Shown one piece after another: positions 24,494 through 34,560 of a stretch of 64,000 nucleotides of DNA. The notes under the pieces were generated by a model. The model was given only the letters and a program-made list of their open reading frames with translations. It made no database searches and had not been told where the DNA came from. This stretch comes from an uncultured Desulfurococcales archaeon (GTDB lineage: Archaea > Thermoproteota > Thermoprotei_A > EX4484-217-1): NCBI GenBank assembly GCA_964564025.1, contig CAZLZO010000002.1, positions 15,936-79,935 on the forward strand, in the 5' to 3' direction. The translations under genes and the position numbers were made by a program. Position 1 is the first letter of the stretch; every line of letters begins with the position of its first letter.

Positions 24494-25060
24494 ATGATTA
24501 AAGTAATGGTTGAGCCAAAGTTTAACTTAATAGTTTCAGCATATGCTCTTAGAGAGGAAGCAGCAATTGAGGAACTTACACAGTATGTAGGGGGTCTTTA
24601 TGTTGTTTGGAAGCAGAGATCGCTTATTCTTGTAAGAACAACTAAGATGAATCCTTATGAAGCTATTAAAGTTATTAGAAAAGAAATAGACCCTTACCAT
24701 ACCAATATTTTACGCATAGTGCCTGTAGACATAGTTTATTCACCGTTTCTTGAAGATGTAGCGAAGATCGTTTGGGATCTTGCAAAAGAGAAAATAGGTG
24801 AAAATGAAACATTCAGAATAACTCTTGAAGGACATTTGCTTAAACTTACTGAGGAAGGTAAGGCTGTTGAAGCAAGATCTAGGGAGGCAATAGATTATTT
24901 AGCTAAAAACATTGACCGTAAAGTTAACCTGACAAAACCCGATAAAATAGTTTACATAAAAGTTGTTAGAGTTGCTGGGAAACCGTACTCAGCAATAGCA
25001 ATATGTAAGCCTGAAGACATATTGTCAACTCAAAAAATGATTCTTCATAAGAGAGATTAG
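24494..25060 (+). CDS. THUMP-domain RNA-binding protein (Tan1-like)
   Basis: About 188 aa. The C-terminal ETFRITLEG...VNLTKPDKIVYIKVVRVAGKPYSAIAI fits a THUMP fold. A likely alternative start lies at 24506, where GGAG sits 9 nt upstream. Confidence 0.45.
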   Translation: MIKVMVEPKFNLIVSAYALREEAAIEELTQYVGGLYVVWKQRSLILVRTTKMNPYEAIKVIRKEIDPYHTNILRIVPVDIVYSPFLEDVAKIVWDLAKEKIGENETFRITLEGHLLKLTEEGKAVEARSREAIDYLAKNIDRKVNLTKPDKIVYIKVVRVAGKPYSAIAICKPEDILSTQKMILHKRD

Positions 25061-26682
25061 TACATAAAGTCGCTAAGATCTATGCTTTTTCTTTTCCTTG
25101 ACTGATAAACTTCAGAAGTACCTCTCACAATAATCTCATATAGCCTAGCTTCTTTGCCTTTAGAGGGCCTTAAAAGTCTACCAAGTCTCTGAATAAACTG
25201 TCTTCGCGATCCTGTTCCAGTAACTATAATTCCTACATTAGCGTCAGGTATGTCTAAGCCTTCGTCTCCTACTGTTGTAACAACTAAAACCCTTTCAATA
25301 CTCTCTCTAAAGTTTTCTAATATTTTTCTTCGAACCTTTGTTTTAACCTCACCTACAAGTATAGGTGCATTGAGAAGTTTCCCAAGCTCTTTTGCTTGAT
25401 CAACATACTGTGTGAAAACTATGATTTTACTTCCACGTTTAAGCTCTTTTTCAACAATGTTCTTAACAGCTTTTTTCTTAGCTTCAGCCTTATGAACTAT
25501 TTGCCTTAATTTGCTATGGACCTTTAATGCCATCTGGGCTTTTTCATCACCTCTCTTAGCTAATTCTAAGAGCTCTTCAAACTTTTTTCCTCCACTTAAT
25601 TCTTTGTAAAGCTTTAATGTTTCAAAGTATTCTTTAAGTTCTTTAGGGGTTAAGTCAACTTCTACTTGATAAATAACATATGGCGCTAAATAACCTTGTA
25701 CTGAAAGCTCAGATGGTGTTTTGTGATAAGCAATTCCTCCCATTAAAGGAAATAGTTCCTCATGCTTACCATCTTCTCTAATAACTGTTGCTGAAAGCCC
25801 CATTCTCTTAAGAGAAAACATGTTTAAGGCAATATGCTTAAACTTCTCGGATGGGAGGTGATGACATTCATCGATTATTAGAAACGAGAAGTATTTAGAG
25901 AGAATCTTAACTTTCCTATATGCTGTTTGATACGTTGAAATGGTTATTGGAGCTATTCTTTTTTCTTCACTATAATATAACCCTACGATGTTAGGGTTTA
26001 CTGAAGTAAACCTGGTTATCATATCTTTCCATTGAAACATTTGTTCTTTAGTATATGTTACTATGAGTGTTCTTTCAGAAAGCTTAGCTAAGGCAGCAAT
26101 GGCAATTACTGTTTTCCCTGAACCTGTTGGTAAAGCTATTATTCCTTTCATACCTTTCTCGAACCATTTGTCAAGAGCTTCTTTTTGATAATCACGTAAC
26201 TTCCCATTAAAATTAATTTTATATGGGAGTTTTAATTCTTCAGAAACACCCGTATTATCAATTATATTGTAACCTAAGTTTTCTAATGTTTTCTTAAGCT
26301 CGAAGAAATGTAGGGGTTTTACTATGAATACCTTTCTTACTCTATCGTAAATAGTGTAGTCTCTAATGTACTGGTAGTCGCTTCCAAAGTATACTTTACT
26401 TTTCAAAACTACGTCGTCACCGTACCATTCCAGGTATACTGTTTTTCTTTCAATAAGCTTCCTCTTCAAGATGTTTAAGCTTTCCTTATCTATTTCGGCT
26501 TCAGCTTCTTCCAAAGCTTCTAATATGTCGTAGAAGTCAAGGTTGTTTTCACGTATTTTAGTGAAGTTTATAGAGAATTTTGAACCTCTTTCAACATCTC
26601 TACCCAAATAATCCGAGAACATAGAGATTTTTCGGAAAAGTTCCTGGTCAATCCATTTCTTGATGTAAAAGTATATTGACAT
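25057..26682 (-). CDS. xpb: XPB (ERCC3/Rad25) DNA repair helicase
   Basis: Walker A LPTGSGKT, DECHHLP, an SF2 C-terminal helicase domain and the archaeal XPB RED/thumb architecture. 541 aa. Confidence 0.85.
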   Translation of the reverse strand: MSIYFYIKKWIDQELFRKISMFSDYLGRDVERGSKFSINFTKIRENNLDFYDILEALEEAEAEIDKESLNILKRKLIERKTVYLEWYGDDVVLKSKVYFGSDYQYIRDYTIYDRVRKVFIVKPLHFFELKKTLENLGYNIIDNTGVSEELKLPYKINFNGKLRDYQKEALDKWFEKGMKGIIALPTGSGKTVIAIAALAKLSERTLIVTYTKEQMFQWKDMITRFTSVNPNIVGLYYSEEKRIAPITISTYQTAYRKVKILSKYFSFLIIDECHHLPSEKFKHIALNMFSLKRMGLSATVIREDGKHEELFPLMGGIAYHKTPSELSVQGYLAPYVIYQVEVDLTPKELKEYFETLKLYKELSGGKKFEELLELAKRGDEKAQMALKVHSKLRQIVHKAEAKKKAVKNIVEKELKRGSKIIVFTQYVDQAKELGKLLNAPILVGEVKTKVRRKILENFRESIERVLVVTTVGDEGLDIPDANVGIIVTGTGSRRQFIQRLGRLLRPSKGKEARLYEIIVRGTSEVYQSRKRKSIDLSDFMY

Positions 26683-26686
26683 TATT

Positions 26687-27148
26687 TTATACGACCTCTG
26701 TATAATCGTATCCTATGATTCTATTTGGAATTTTAAAGCCAATGTTTTCCAGCATCTTACGAATATTTTCTAATGTTGAAATGAGATTTTTTATGTTTTT
26801 TGTGCCTATAATAACGTATACGTAGTCTTTACTTTCTCTATACATTTCTGTTTCTCTCTTATTAAGAAAAAGAATGCGTAACTCCTTTATAATGTCATCC
26901 CAGTTTTTATTTATGCTTGCACAGTGATCTTTGTTAACATAAATTTTTATTCCGTGAATAAGTATTTTTTCGTACTCAGCAATATTCTGCTCGATTACTA
27001 TGGAGACTATAGGTGTTGTTGATATAAAGAACTCTAGGAATTGTGCTCCCTTAGCTCTGCTTTCCTCAAACGCCCATAGTATATAGTAGTCTTTATCAAC
27101 TAATTTTCCTAGAATTCTCTTAACTTCCTTAACTGTAGTTTTAATCAT
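26687..27148 (-). CDS. Hypothetical protein, apparently co-transcribed upstream of xpb
   Basis: 153-aa ORF, 4-nt gap to xpb. No motif recognised. Confidence 0.4.
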   Translation of the reverse strand: MIKTTVKEVKRILGKLVDKDYYILWAFEESRAKGAQFLEFFISTTPIVSIVIEQNIAEYEKILIHGIKIYVNKDHCASINKNWDDIIKELRILFLNKRETEMYRESKDYVYVIIGTKNIKNLISTLENIRKMLENIGFKIPNRIIGYDYTEVV

Positions 27149-27231
27149 TACATACTATACCCACATAAATGTATGGTTTATAACAAAACTTTAATTTCTT
27201 TCCTTTTTCAAAACTAAGTTAGTGATTAACT

Positions 27232-27855
27232 TTGCTTGTTAAGTTACTGAACTGTTTGAGAAGAATATCAGAAGAAGAGAGAAAGTATGAGGAAATATTG
27301 AAGAGGTTTTCAGAAGAAATGGTTAAAAAAGGGGTCAATGTAAGTTTTGCTCTAAATAAAATCGTGGAAAATAGAAAACATGGTCTCTTAGTGAAGTATT
27401 CTGGCTTAAAAGTAATATTTAAAGGAGTAGAAGATCAAAAACTTGCAGACAAAATAATCCTACCTCCGAAATTCATTTACGATGGTTTAGAATATGTAGT
27501 TCATGGAGAGGAAGTGTTATGCGAATACTCTGTTTTTAGGAAGTTCTCTAAAGTGCTTAATTGCAACTACGTTGTAGTTGTTAATATTGATGTAAATGAT
27601 TTCTTAAGAAGTCTATGTAGTGAGGCAACAATTTTTCTTAGAGAAATTTCAGCAAAAATAGAATATGTACCTCAATGGGTGCCTTTGTTTTCATCTGGAA
27701 TAGTGAGTAAGCTTTCTAAAAAATATAGAATGAGAATGTCCGATATAAAAGACTATATGGTTTACCTTTACGATGAAGGTAAGTTGCCTATTAGGTTTGG
27801 TGAAACAGGTGAGTTATGGCTAAACTTTAGGGGTGTTTGCATGAATGAGCGCTAA
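27232..27855 (+). CDS. Hypothetical protein
   Basis: 207-aa ORF that overlaps the cutA start by 11 nt. Confidence 0.4.
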   Translation: MLVKLLNCLRRISEEERKYEEILKRFSEEMVKKGVNVSFALNKIVENRKHGLLVKYSGLKVIFKGVEDQKLADKIILPPKFIYDGLEYVVHGEEVLCEYSVFRKFSKVLNCNYVVVVNIDVNDFLRSLCSEATIFLREISAKIEYVPQWVPLFSSGIVSKLSKKYRMRMSDIKDYMVYLYDEGKLPIRFGETGELWLNFRGVCMNER

Positions 27856-28165
27856 GCACTTAGTAGTTTTCATTACAACTTCAGGAAACGAGGAAGCTAG
27901 GAAAATATCTAGGGAGATTGTTAATAATAAACTTGCAGCGTGTGTAAACATCGTTAGCAATATTCACTCAGTTTATTTATGGAAAGGAGGAGTTGAAGAA
28001 TCTTCCGAGTGTTTATTAATCGCCAAGACACTTGAAGAAAAATTTGAAAAATTAATTAATAAAGTAAAGGAGATTCACAGCTATGATGTTCCTGAAGTAA
28101 TAGCGTTACCTATAGTTAAAGGTTATGAAAAATATTTAAGATGGATATATGATTCGCTAAAATAG
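27845..28165 (+). CDS. cutA: Divalent-cation tolerance protein CutA
   Basis: KLAACVNIVSNIHSVYLWKGGVEESSECLLIAKT...HSYDVPEVIALPI...YLRWI matches the CutA1 fold. 106 aa. Confidence 0.8.
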   Translation: MSAKHLVVFITTSGNEEARKISREIVNNKLAACVNIVSNIHSVYLWKGGVEESSECLLIAKTLEEKFEKLINKVKEIHSYDVPEVIALPIVKGYEKYLRWIYDSLK

Positions 28166-28270
28166 TTTCAATAAATTCTTTGAAATTAAAAAAAAAATAA
28201 AGTTTTATAGCAGATATCGGTGAATAAGAATTTGATCAATAAGAAACTGAAAGCTATGGTGTCTTAATAT

Positions 28271-28567
28271 ATGCGTAGAAAAATAGTGATTACGGAGAAA
28301 CTTATTGAGCATTTATCGTGGCTTGCAAGAATAAGACTTACTGAGGAAGAAAAAAGGGATTTTATAAAGGATCTTAATAGGGTTCTTGAGTTTTTCAATG
28401 AAATAGATGAGGTTAACGTGAAGAACATTGAACCAACAACTCATACTGCGCTTTTAACGAATGTTCTTAGGGATGATGTTCCTAGAGAATCTTTACCCTT
28501 AGAGAAAGTTCTTCGTAACGCTTCAGAGAAGGAGAAAGAGTACTTTAAGGCTCCAAAAATCTTATGA
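28271..28567 (+). CDS. gatC: Glu-tRNA(Gln)/Asp-tRNA(Asn) amidotransferase subunit C
   Basis: Its size and position directly upstream of gatA and gatB support this. It also carries a conserved GatC-like N-terminal helix. Confidence 0.75.
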   Translation: MRRKIVITEKLIEHLSWLARIRLTEEEKRDFIKDLNRVLEFFNEIDEVNVKNIEPTTHTALLTNVLRDDVPRESLPLEKVLRNASEKEKEYFKAPKIL

Positions 28568-28579
28568 GGAACATTAATT

Positions 28580-30058
28580 TTGCCTAAACATATTTATGAA
28601 CTTGAAGCATTAGAGCTAATTAAAAACATTAAAGAAGGAAATCTTAGGGTTTACGAAGTAGTTGAGGAATTCTTAGAAAGAATAGAGAAAGTAGAGACTA
28701 AGATAAACGCGTTTATAACTTTAAGGGATAGAGAGGAAATATTAAGGGAAGCAAAGGAGAAGGATGAAATACTGAGGCAAGGGCAAGCAAAAGGTATTCT
28801 TTTTGGATTACCGATTGCTGTAAAGGATAATATTTCAACTGAAAACATTAGGACGACATGTGGTTCTAAAATGCTTTACAACTATGTTCCGCCATATGAT
28901 GCAACAGTTATTAAACTTTTGAAGAGAGAGGGAGCGATAATTTTGGGTAAAACAAACATGGACGAATTCGCTATGGGGTCATCAACAGAGACGAGCTTTT
29001 TCGGACCTACAAGAAATCCTTGGGACTTAAGTAGGGTTCCAGGAGGATCATCGGGAGGAAGTGCGGCAGCATTAGCTTCTGGTGAAGCACCTTTAGCTCT
29101 AGGTTCAGACACGGGGGGTTCAGTTCGTGCGCCAGCAAGCTTTACTGCAACAGTAGGTTTGAAGCCGACCTACGGTTTAGTTAGTAGGTATGGATTAATA
29201 GCTTATGCTAACAGTTTAGAACAAATAGGGCCTATGGGTAGAAGCGTTCAAGATACTGCACTTTTGCTCAACGTAATAGCGAAGTACGACCCTAATGATG
29301 CTACTTCGCTTAATGTTAAAAGACCTAATTATTTAGCATCCACATATAATGTCAACGACTTACATAGAAAAGTAAGGGTAGCTTTGGTTAAGGAAATGTT
29401 TGAAGAAGGTGTAAGTAAAGATGTTGCTTTAATAGTGAAGAATGTTGTTAATAAATTAGTTAGCGAAGGGTTCTTAGTAGACGAAATATCAATTCCAATA
29501 ATAAAATATGCTTTACCCGCATATTACATTATAGCCATGTCTGAAGCCAGTTCAAACTTAGCTAGATACGATGGCATACGCTATGGTTTTAGAGCTAAAA
29601 TCTCGGGAGACTGGAATGAGGTGTTTTCAGAGACTCGCAAAGAGGGTTTTGGAAAAGAAGTTAAAAGGAGAATAATTATGGGCACTTTTACTTTAAGTGC
29701 AGGATATTTTGACCAATATTATTTAAAGGCTTTAAAAGTTAGAACCCTTATAATAAGGGAGTTTAAAAATGCTTTTAGAAAATATAATATTTTAATTTCG
29801 CCAACAATGCCTACTCCACCTTTCAAAATAGGTGAGAAAATAAAAGATCCTCTCGCAATGTATATGAGTGATGTAGAAACTGTTGTCGCAAACATTGTAG
29901 GGATTCCTGCAATATCGCTTCCAGCCGGTTTCGTTAGCGACAATTTGCCCGTAGGAATACAGCTTATGGCTGATCATCTCAGAGAGGATCTTTTATTCTC
30001 CATAGCAGCTTTTATTGAGAAATTAACTGGACTAAGAAATCTCATAGCAAAAATTTAG
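28580..30058 (+). CDS. gatA: Glu-tRNA(Gln)/Asp-tRNA(Asn) amidotransferase subunit A (amidase)
   Basis: Amidase signature [12 protein letters not shown] and the Ser-cisSer-Lys triad context. 492 aa. Confidence 0.9.
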   Translation: MPKHIYELEALELIKNIKEGNLRVYEVVEEFLERIEKVETKINAFITLRDREEILREAKEKDEILRQGQAKGILFGLPIAVKDNISTENIRTTCGSKMLYNYVPPYDATVIKLLKREGAIILGKTNMDEFAMGSSTETSFFGPTRNPWDLSRVPGGSSGGSAAALASGEAPLALGSDTGGSVRAPASFTATVGLKPTYGLVSRYGLIAYANSLEQIGPMGRSVQDTALLLNVIAKYDPNDATSLNVKRPNYLASTYNVNDLHRKVRVALVKEMFEEGVSKDVALIVKNVVNKLVSEGFLVDEISIPIIKYALPAYYIIAMSEASSNLARYDGIRYGFRAKISGDWNEVFSETRKEGFGKEVKRRIIMGTFTLSAGYFDQYYLKALKVRTLIIREFKNAFRKYNILISPTMPTPPFKIGEKIKDPLAMYMSDVETVVANIVGIPAISLPAGFVSDNLPVGIQLMADHLREDLLFSIAAFIEKLTGLRNLIAKI

Positions 30059-30068
30059 AGGGTGACCC

Positions 30069-31538
30069 ATGGAAACGTCAGATGATGTTAAAATAGGTTT
30101 AGAAGTACATGTACAATTGACGGCTTTAAAAACGAAGCTCTTTTGCTCATGTTCATCAGATTATCGTGGAAAACCTCCAAACACGCATGTATGTCCTGTA
30201 TGTTTAGGTCTTCCTGGAGCATTGCCCGTAGTTAATAAGAGGGCAATAGATTATGCAATAATGGTGGCTTTAGCTTTAAATTCTAAAGTGAATGAAAAAA
30301 TAATTTTCTTTAGAAAACACTATTTTTATCCTGACTTACCAAAGAACTTTCAAATAACACAATATGATAAAGCAGGCGGAGCTCCTATAGCTATTGGAGG
30401 ATTCTTAAAGATAACTATTAATGGCAAAGAGAAAAGAATTAGAATTAGAAGAATCAATATTGAAGAAGACCCCGGGAAACTTGTTTATCCAACAGGCTCT
30501 ATAATGACGAGCCCATACACCTTAGTTGATTATAATAGATCAGGTATAGCTCTTCTTGAAATAGTTACTGAACCTGATATGAATAGTCCAGCTGAAGCAA
30601 GAGCTTTCTTAAACAAGTTAAGGTCAATACTTGAACATTTAGGCGTATGTAATTGTGAATTAGAAGGCTCTATGAGAGCCGACGCTAACATCTCTATAGC
30701 TGGTGGAAATAGAGTTGAAATTAAGAACATAAGCTCTCCTAAAGATGTAGAAAAAGCACTAGCTTATGAAATTATTAGGCAGAAACAAGCTATTTCTAAA
30801 GGACTCAGCATTAAAAGTGAAACAAGACATTGGGACGACTTAAGGAAAGTTACTGTTCCTTTACGAGTAAAAGAGGAAGAGCAAGATTACAGATACTTCC
30901 CAGAAGCTGACATACCGCCGATAGTGATAACTCGTGATTACATAGAAAAGATTCGTGAATCTATGCCAGAACTTCCTGATGTTAGAGCTAAGAGATTCAC
31001 GGAAACTTACGGACTTACTGAGTACGATTCGTTAGTTTTAGTTTCTAACAAGTGGTTAGCGGACTTTTTCGAGGAGGCCTTAAAATATTATGATAAAGAT
31101 CCTAAGAAACTTGCTAACATACTAATAAATGACTTCTTAAGATGGATTCACGATAAAGGTTTAAGCCATAGTGAAGTTAAAGCCACACCTCAACATATTG
31201 CTGAACTCTTAAAGTTACTTGATGAGAAGGTAATAAGTATTAAAATATTGAAGAAAATACTTCCCGAAATAATAGTGTATGGTAAACATCCTTATCAAAT
31301 AATTAGGGAAAAGAATTTACTAAAAATATCGGACGAGAACATTATTAGGGAGGTAGTTAAGCAGGTATTTGTTGAACATAAGAAATCAGTTCATGACGCA
31401 TTAGTTAATAGGAAAGCAATACATTATCTGATAGGTCAAGTCATGCGTAAAACTAGAGGAAAGGCTGATCCCGAAATAACACATAGGATAGTATTAGAGA
31501 TGCTTGAGAAAGTTAAAAGAGGCGAATTTAAAGTTTAA
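30069..31538 (+). CDS. gatB: Glu-tRNA(Gln)/Asp-tRNA(Asn) amidotransferase subunit B
   Basis: GLEVHVQL, the CPVCLGLPGALP zinc-like motif and a C-terminal YqeY-like tail. 489 aa. Confidence 0.9.
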   Translation: METSDDVKIGLEVHVQLTALKTKLFCSCSSDYRGKPPNTHVCPVCLGLPGALPVVNKRAIDYAIMVALALNSKVNEKIIFFRKHYFYPDLPKNFQITQYDKAGGAPIAIGGFLKITINGKEKRIRIRRINIEEDPGKLVYPTGSIMTSPYTLVDYNRSGIALLEIVTEPDMNSPAEARAFLNKLRSILEHLGVCNCELEGSMRADANISIAGGNRVEIKNISSPKDVEKALAYEIIRQKQAISKGLSIKSETRHWDDLRKVTVPLRVKEEEQDYRYFPEADIPPIVITRDYIEKIRESMPELPDVRAKRFTETYGLTEYDSLVLVSNKWLADFFEEALKYYDKDPKKLANILINDFLRWIHDKGLSHSEVKATPQHIAELLKLLDEKVISIKILKKILPEIIVYGKHPYQIIREKNLLKISDENIIREVVKQVFVEHKKSVHDALVNRKAIHYLIGQVMRKTRGKADPEITHRIVLEMLEKVKRGEFKV

Positions 31539-31542
31539 AGCG

Positions 31543-31607
31543 AGGATGTCATCGCGTGGGTTTGTCATCAACATATCAGTACTTAAATCCCTCTTCATCC
31601 ATCCTCC
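31543..31607 (-). ncRNA. Candidate C/D box sRNA
   Basis: Minus strand. 7-bp terminal stem GAGGATG/CATCCTC, C-like ATGAAGA, 12-nt guide, D' CTGA, 5-nt spacer, C' TGATGA, 12-nt guide, and a D-like ATGA. Lies just 3' of the gatB stop. Confidence 0.45.
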
Positions 31608-31638
31608 TAAATAAATATTAATTACTAAGAAGCTATAA

Positions 31639-31893
31639 GTGATTGTGAAAATGAGTGTAGCTTATGAATATAAGATAGTGAAATGCCCTTACTGTAAAAA
31701 CATCCTTGTAGTTAAGATTAAACAGAAAATTAAGTTATGCACTTACTGTGGAAGGAGGCTTAAAGTTTATGAGCTAAAAGCGCTAGCTTACGCTAGAAGC
31801 TCATATGAAGCTCACTTGTTAGTGAAGTACTATAAAGCTAAAGAGGCAGGGTTAGAAAAGAAATTATATGGTGATGAAGGCACTCGGATCTGA
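31639..31893 (+). CDS. Small zinc-ribbon protein
   Basis: CPYC...x15...CTYCG. 84 aa. Confidence 0.4.
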   Translation: MIVKMSVAYEYKIVKCPYCKNILVVKIKQKIKLCTYCGRRLKVYELKALAYARSSYEAHLLVKYYKAKEAGLEKKLYGDEGTRI

Positions 31894-31992
31894 TATTGAT
31901 GATGGTTTTCCCGCATTACTGACATATTAAAAAAGATTTTTAAATCTGTGTTGAAAAATTATTAGAAAAAGCTGAAAGTTAAGGGAAAGAAC

Positions 31993-32724
31993 ATGAGCAT
32001 ATCCGCAGATAAATACGAGGCATTGAGATTTCGTCTCATGGTAATTGAGAGGTTAAAACTTCTTAAAAGGATGTTCTCATATAAGGAGTTGTCTTCAATT
32101 ACTGGTGTTCCGGAAACAGTGCTTTGTAGATATATTAAGGGATCTATTATTCCAAGTTACGATCAAGCAGAAAGAATATGGAATGCGTTAAATAGAATGG
32201 TTGATATTAGAAAACTTATTCTAGAAAAACTTGAAATAACGGGGGAGGGATTCGTAGACCTTTCACAAATACTATCAGATCCTTACATGTTACAATATAT
32301 AGCACAACATGTTTACATGATGTTCGCTGGAAAAAGAGTAACAAAAATACTTGCACCAGCAGTTAATGGTATACCATTAGCTGCCGCAATATCTTTAACA
32401 TTTCAAGTACCACTGGTTATTGCTAGAAGAACAAGACATATTAACGCTATTGACTATATTGAAGGATCATATATAGCTCCATCAGCAGACATTGTTACTT
32501 TCTACGTTCCAAAGAGAATGATTAAAAGAAAGGACGAAGTGCTTATAATAGACGATATTATTAGAACAGGGAAAACATTAAGGACTATGGTAAGAATTAT
32601 TGAAAAAGTCAAAGCTATAATAAGTGGTGCAGTAGTTTTAGTAGCCATAGGCGATAGTTGGAAGAAGGAAATAAACATTCCAGTACAGACTATAGTTCAG
32701 CTTCCCGAGAATTTAAAAATCTAG
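31993..32724 (+). CDS. HTH domain fused to a type I phosphoribosyltransferase domain (GfcR/PyrE-like regulator family)
   Basis: N-terminal HTH (YKELSSITGVPETVLCRYIKG) plus the PRPP-binding motif VLIIDDIIRTGKT. 243 aa. Confidence 0.55.
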   Translation: MSISADKYEALRFRLMVIERLKLLKRMFSYKELSSITGVPETVLCRYIKGSIIPSYDQAERIWNALNRMVDIRKLILEKLEITGEGFVDLSQILSDPYMLQYIAQHVYMMFAGKRVTKILAPAVNGIPLAAAISLTFQVPLVIARRTRHINAIDYIEGSYIAPSADIVTFYVPKRMIKRKDEVLIIDDIIRTGKTLRTMVRIIEKVKAIISGAVVLVAIGDSWKKEINIPVQTIVQLPENLKI

Positions 32725-32784
32725 GTTTTTCTTAAATTAATGTTTCAACATTACAATCTCCAATATATTTGAGGATAAGAAGTA

Positions 32785-34560
32785 ATGGATACTGAGGCTT
32801 ACGTATCAAAGTATTACTCTAGATTTGTATTTACTTCACCTAAGCTTACTAGCTTAATTGCTGCATACGTCCTTTTACTTACTTTATTATGTATTTTGAA
32901 AGCTTCTATGGGTTACGTAGCGAGTGTTTTTTACTTAGTTATTGTTGCCTTATTAGTGTCAAATATCTTAACATTTATAATGCTTAAAAGAAGTGTTTTA
33001 AGGGCTAAAAATTTTTTAAGAAGAGTTCTTGTTCTGCTTAATTTTGTTCTATTACACTTATTAATTTTTGAATCGTTATCAGTTATTGTTTTTGGCTTAA
33101 AATATCCATTCTTAATCACTTATTGTGGTTATTCCTTTATCCATTATCTTTTAATAAGACCTAAGCGTAAAGTTTTAGAAAGTATTGTTGAAGCTTCAAT
33201 TCCTGTAGTAGCATATTATGTGTTGGCGAGTATTTTCGTTAAAGATCTCATATTATTGCCGCTTGCTTTAGGATCTTTGGTATCAGCTCTTATGGGAGAA
33301 CTTTATTTTTTAACTTTGAGAAAATATTCGAAAATAGGAGATTTTACCCTTAAATTCTCAGAAGCTTTCTTGGAACTCTGGTTTGCAAATAACAAGAAGC
33401 CTCTTGAGGAAGTATTAGAGAAAAACTCCGTTAATGGTGAAGTTTGGATAAAAGTGTTCACCATAGTTGATAAGAGTTCAAGAAATGTTAAGGGAATTAT
33501 AGCATTAACATCTATTCATGCGGGTCCTTTCAGAGATGTTGGTAGTTCCAAAGTTATTGCAAAACTACGTGATACATTAAAGAAAATTTACGGAAATGTT
33601 CCTGTGGCAATATTTCATACAACAACTACTCATGAAAAGGACTTAGTTTCTTCACGCTATCTTGAGGAGGCACTTGAAGAGTTGGTGAGAACTTTAAAGG
33701 CAAACAACTATGACACCATAGAGGAAATATATGGTTTATTTAACTTATGCATAGATAACCAATGTGCTTATATAATAGGGTTAGATAAAGTTCCTTTAAT
33801 TTTGCTTTATAACTCTAAGAACGGTATTGATGATTTACCAACATACCTTAATGATGCATTAGAGAGAAAAATCCGTAAAATCGAGAAGCTAAAGGATATT
33901 TTCTTAATTGAAGCCCATAATTCTAAGCCGGAAGGCGTAAGAAATGTTGCAAAAGAGATGAACTATTATAGGAAGCTTATTGAAGAAACATTACCAAAAA
34001 TATTTCTCAATGATGAGTCCAAAAAATCCCTTAAGATAGGTATAGCAGAGGTAGTGGATGCAGAACTTATCGGATGTCGTGATTTATGTTCGCCAATAAT
34101 AAACGCAATAGCGTTCGAACATAATGGTCGCATATCTGTTCTTATAGTTTATGATGGAAATAATGCTTTAGAGGATTTTAGAAACATTGTGAAAGATGAA
34201 GTTAGGAAACTAAATGAGAACATAGTGTTTGCTGAAATTACTACCACAGATAATCATGAAAAGACAGGTTATTTTGGTGGGCAGACATATGTTCCTGTGG
34301 GAGCAAGTAAGTGTAGGAGTGTAATTATTAAATTAACCGTTGATGCTGTTAAGAAAGCGTTAAGTTCCATAAGTGAATGTAAGCTAAAATACTTTAGGGT
34401 TAACATTAAAACTAAGATTTTAGGTTCCTTAGGATATAGGGTTTTAGAGGATATAGTGAAAGATCTTAAAATAACTGTTTCTTTATTTTTTGCCCTAAAC
34501 TTTTCCTCGTATATTTTAGTTTCTACACCAATAGTTTTTATATATGGAAGTCTTTTCTAA
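32785..34560 (+). CDS. Polytopic membrane protein with a C-terminal soluble domain (DUF2070-like)
   Basis: 591 aa. The N-terminal 200 aa holds 5-6 TM helices. Assigning it to a named family is tentative. Confidence 0.4.
   Translation: MDTEAYVSKYYSRFVFTSPKLTSLIAAYVLLLTLLCILKASMGYVASVFYLVIVALLVSNILTFIMLKRSVLRAKNFLRRVLVLLNFVLLHLLIFESLSVIVFGLKYPFLITYCGYSFIHYLLIRPKRKVLESIVEASIPVVAYYVLASIFVKDLILLPLALGSLVSALMGELYFLTLRKYSKIGDFTLKFSEAFLELWFANNKKPLEEVLEKNSVNGEVWIKVFTIVDKSSRNVKGIIALTSIHAGPFRDVGSSKVIAKLRDTLKKIYGNVPVAIFHTTTTHEKDLVSSRYLEEALEELVRTLKANNYDTIEEIYGLFNLCIDNQCAYIIGLDKVPLILLYNSKNGIDDLPTYLNDALERKIRKIEKLKDIFLIEAHNSKPEGVRNVAKEMNYYRKLIEETLPKIFLNDESKKSLKIGIAEVVDAELIGCRDLCSPIINAIAFEHNGRISVLIVYDGNNALEDFRNIVKDEVRKLNENIVFAEITTTDNHEKTGYFGGQTYVPVGASKCRSVIIKLTVDAVKKALSSISECKLKYFRVNIKTKILGSLGYRVLEDIVKDLKITVSLFFALNFSSYILVSTPIVFIYGSLF

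Noticed and set aside
26687-27148. Considered calling the ORF adjacent to xpb the Bax1 nuclease
   Set aside because: At 153 aa it is far too short for Bax1 and has no nuclease motifs.
31897-31930. TTGATGATGG...CTGA looked like the start of a C/D sRNA
   Set aside because: The spacing from the C box to CTGA is 16 nt and no C'/D pair follows. It is probably part of the promoter or leader of the 31993 gene.
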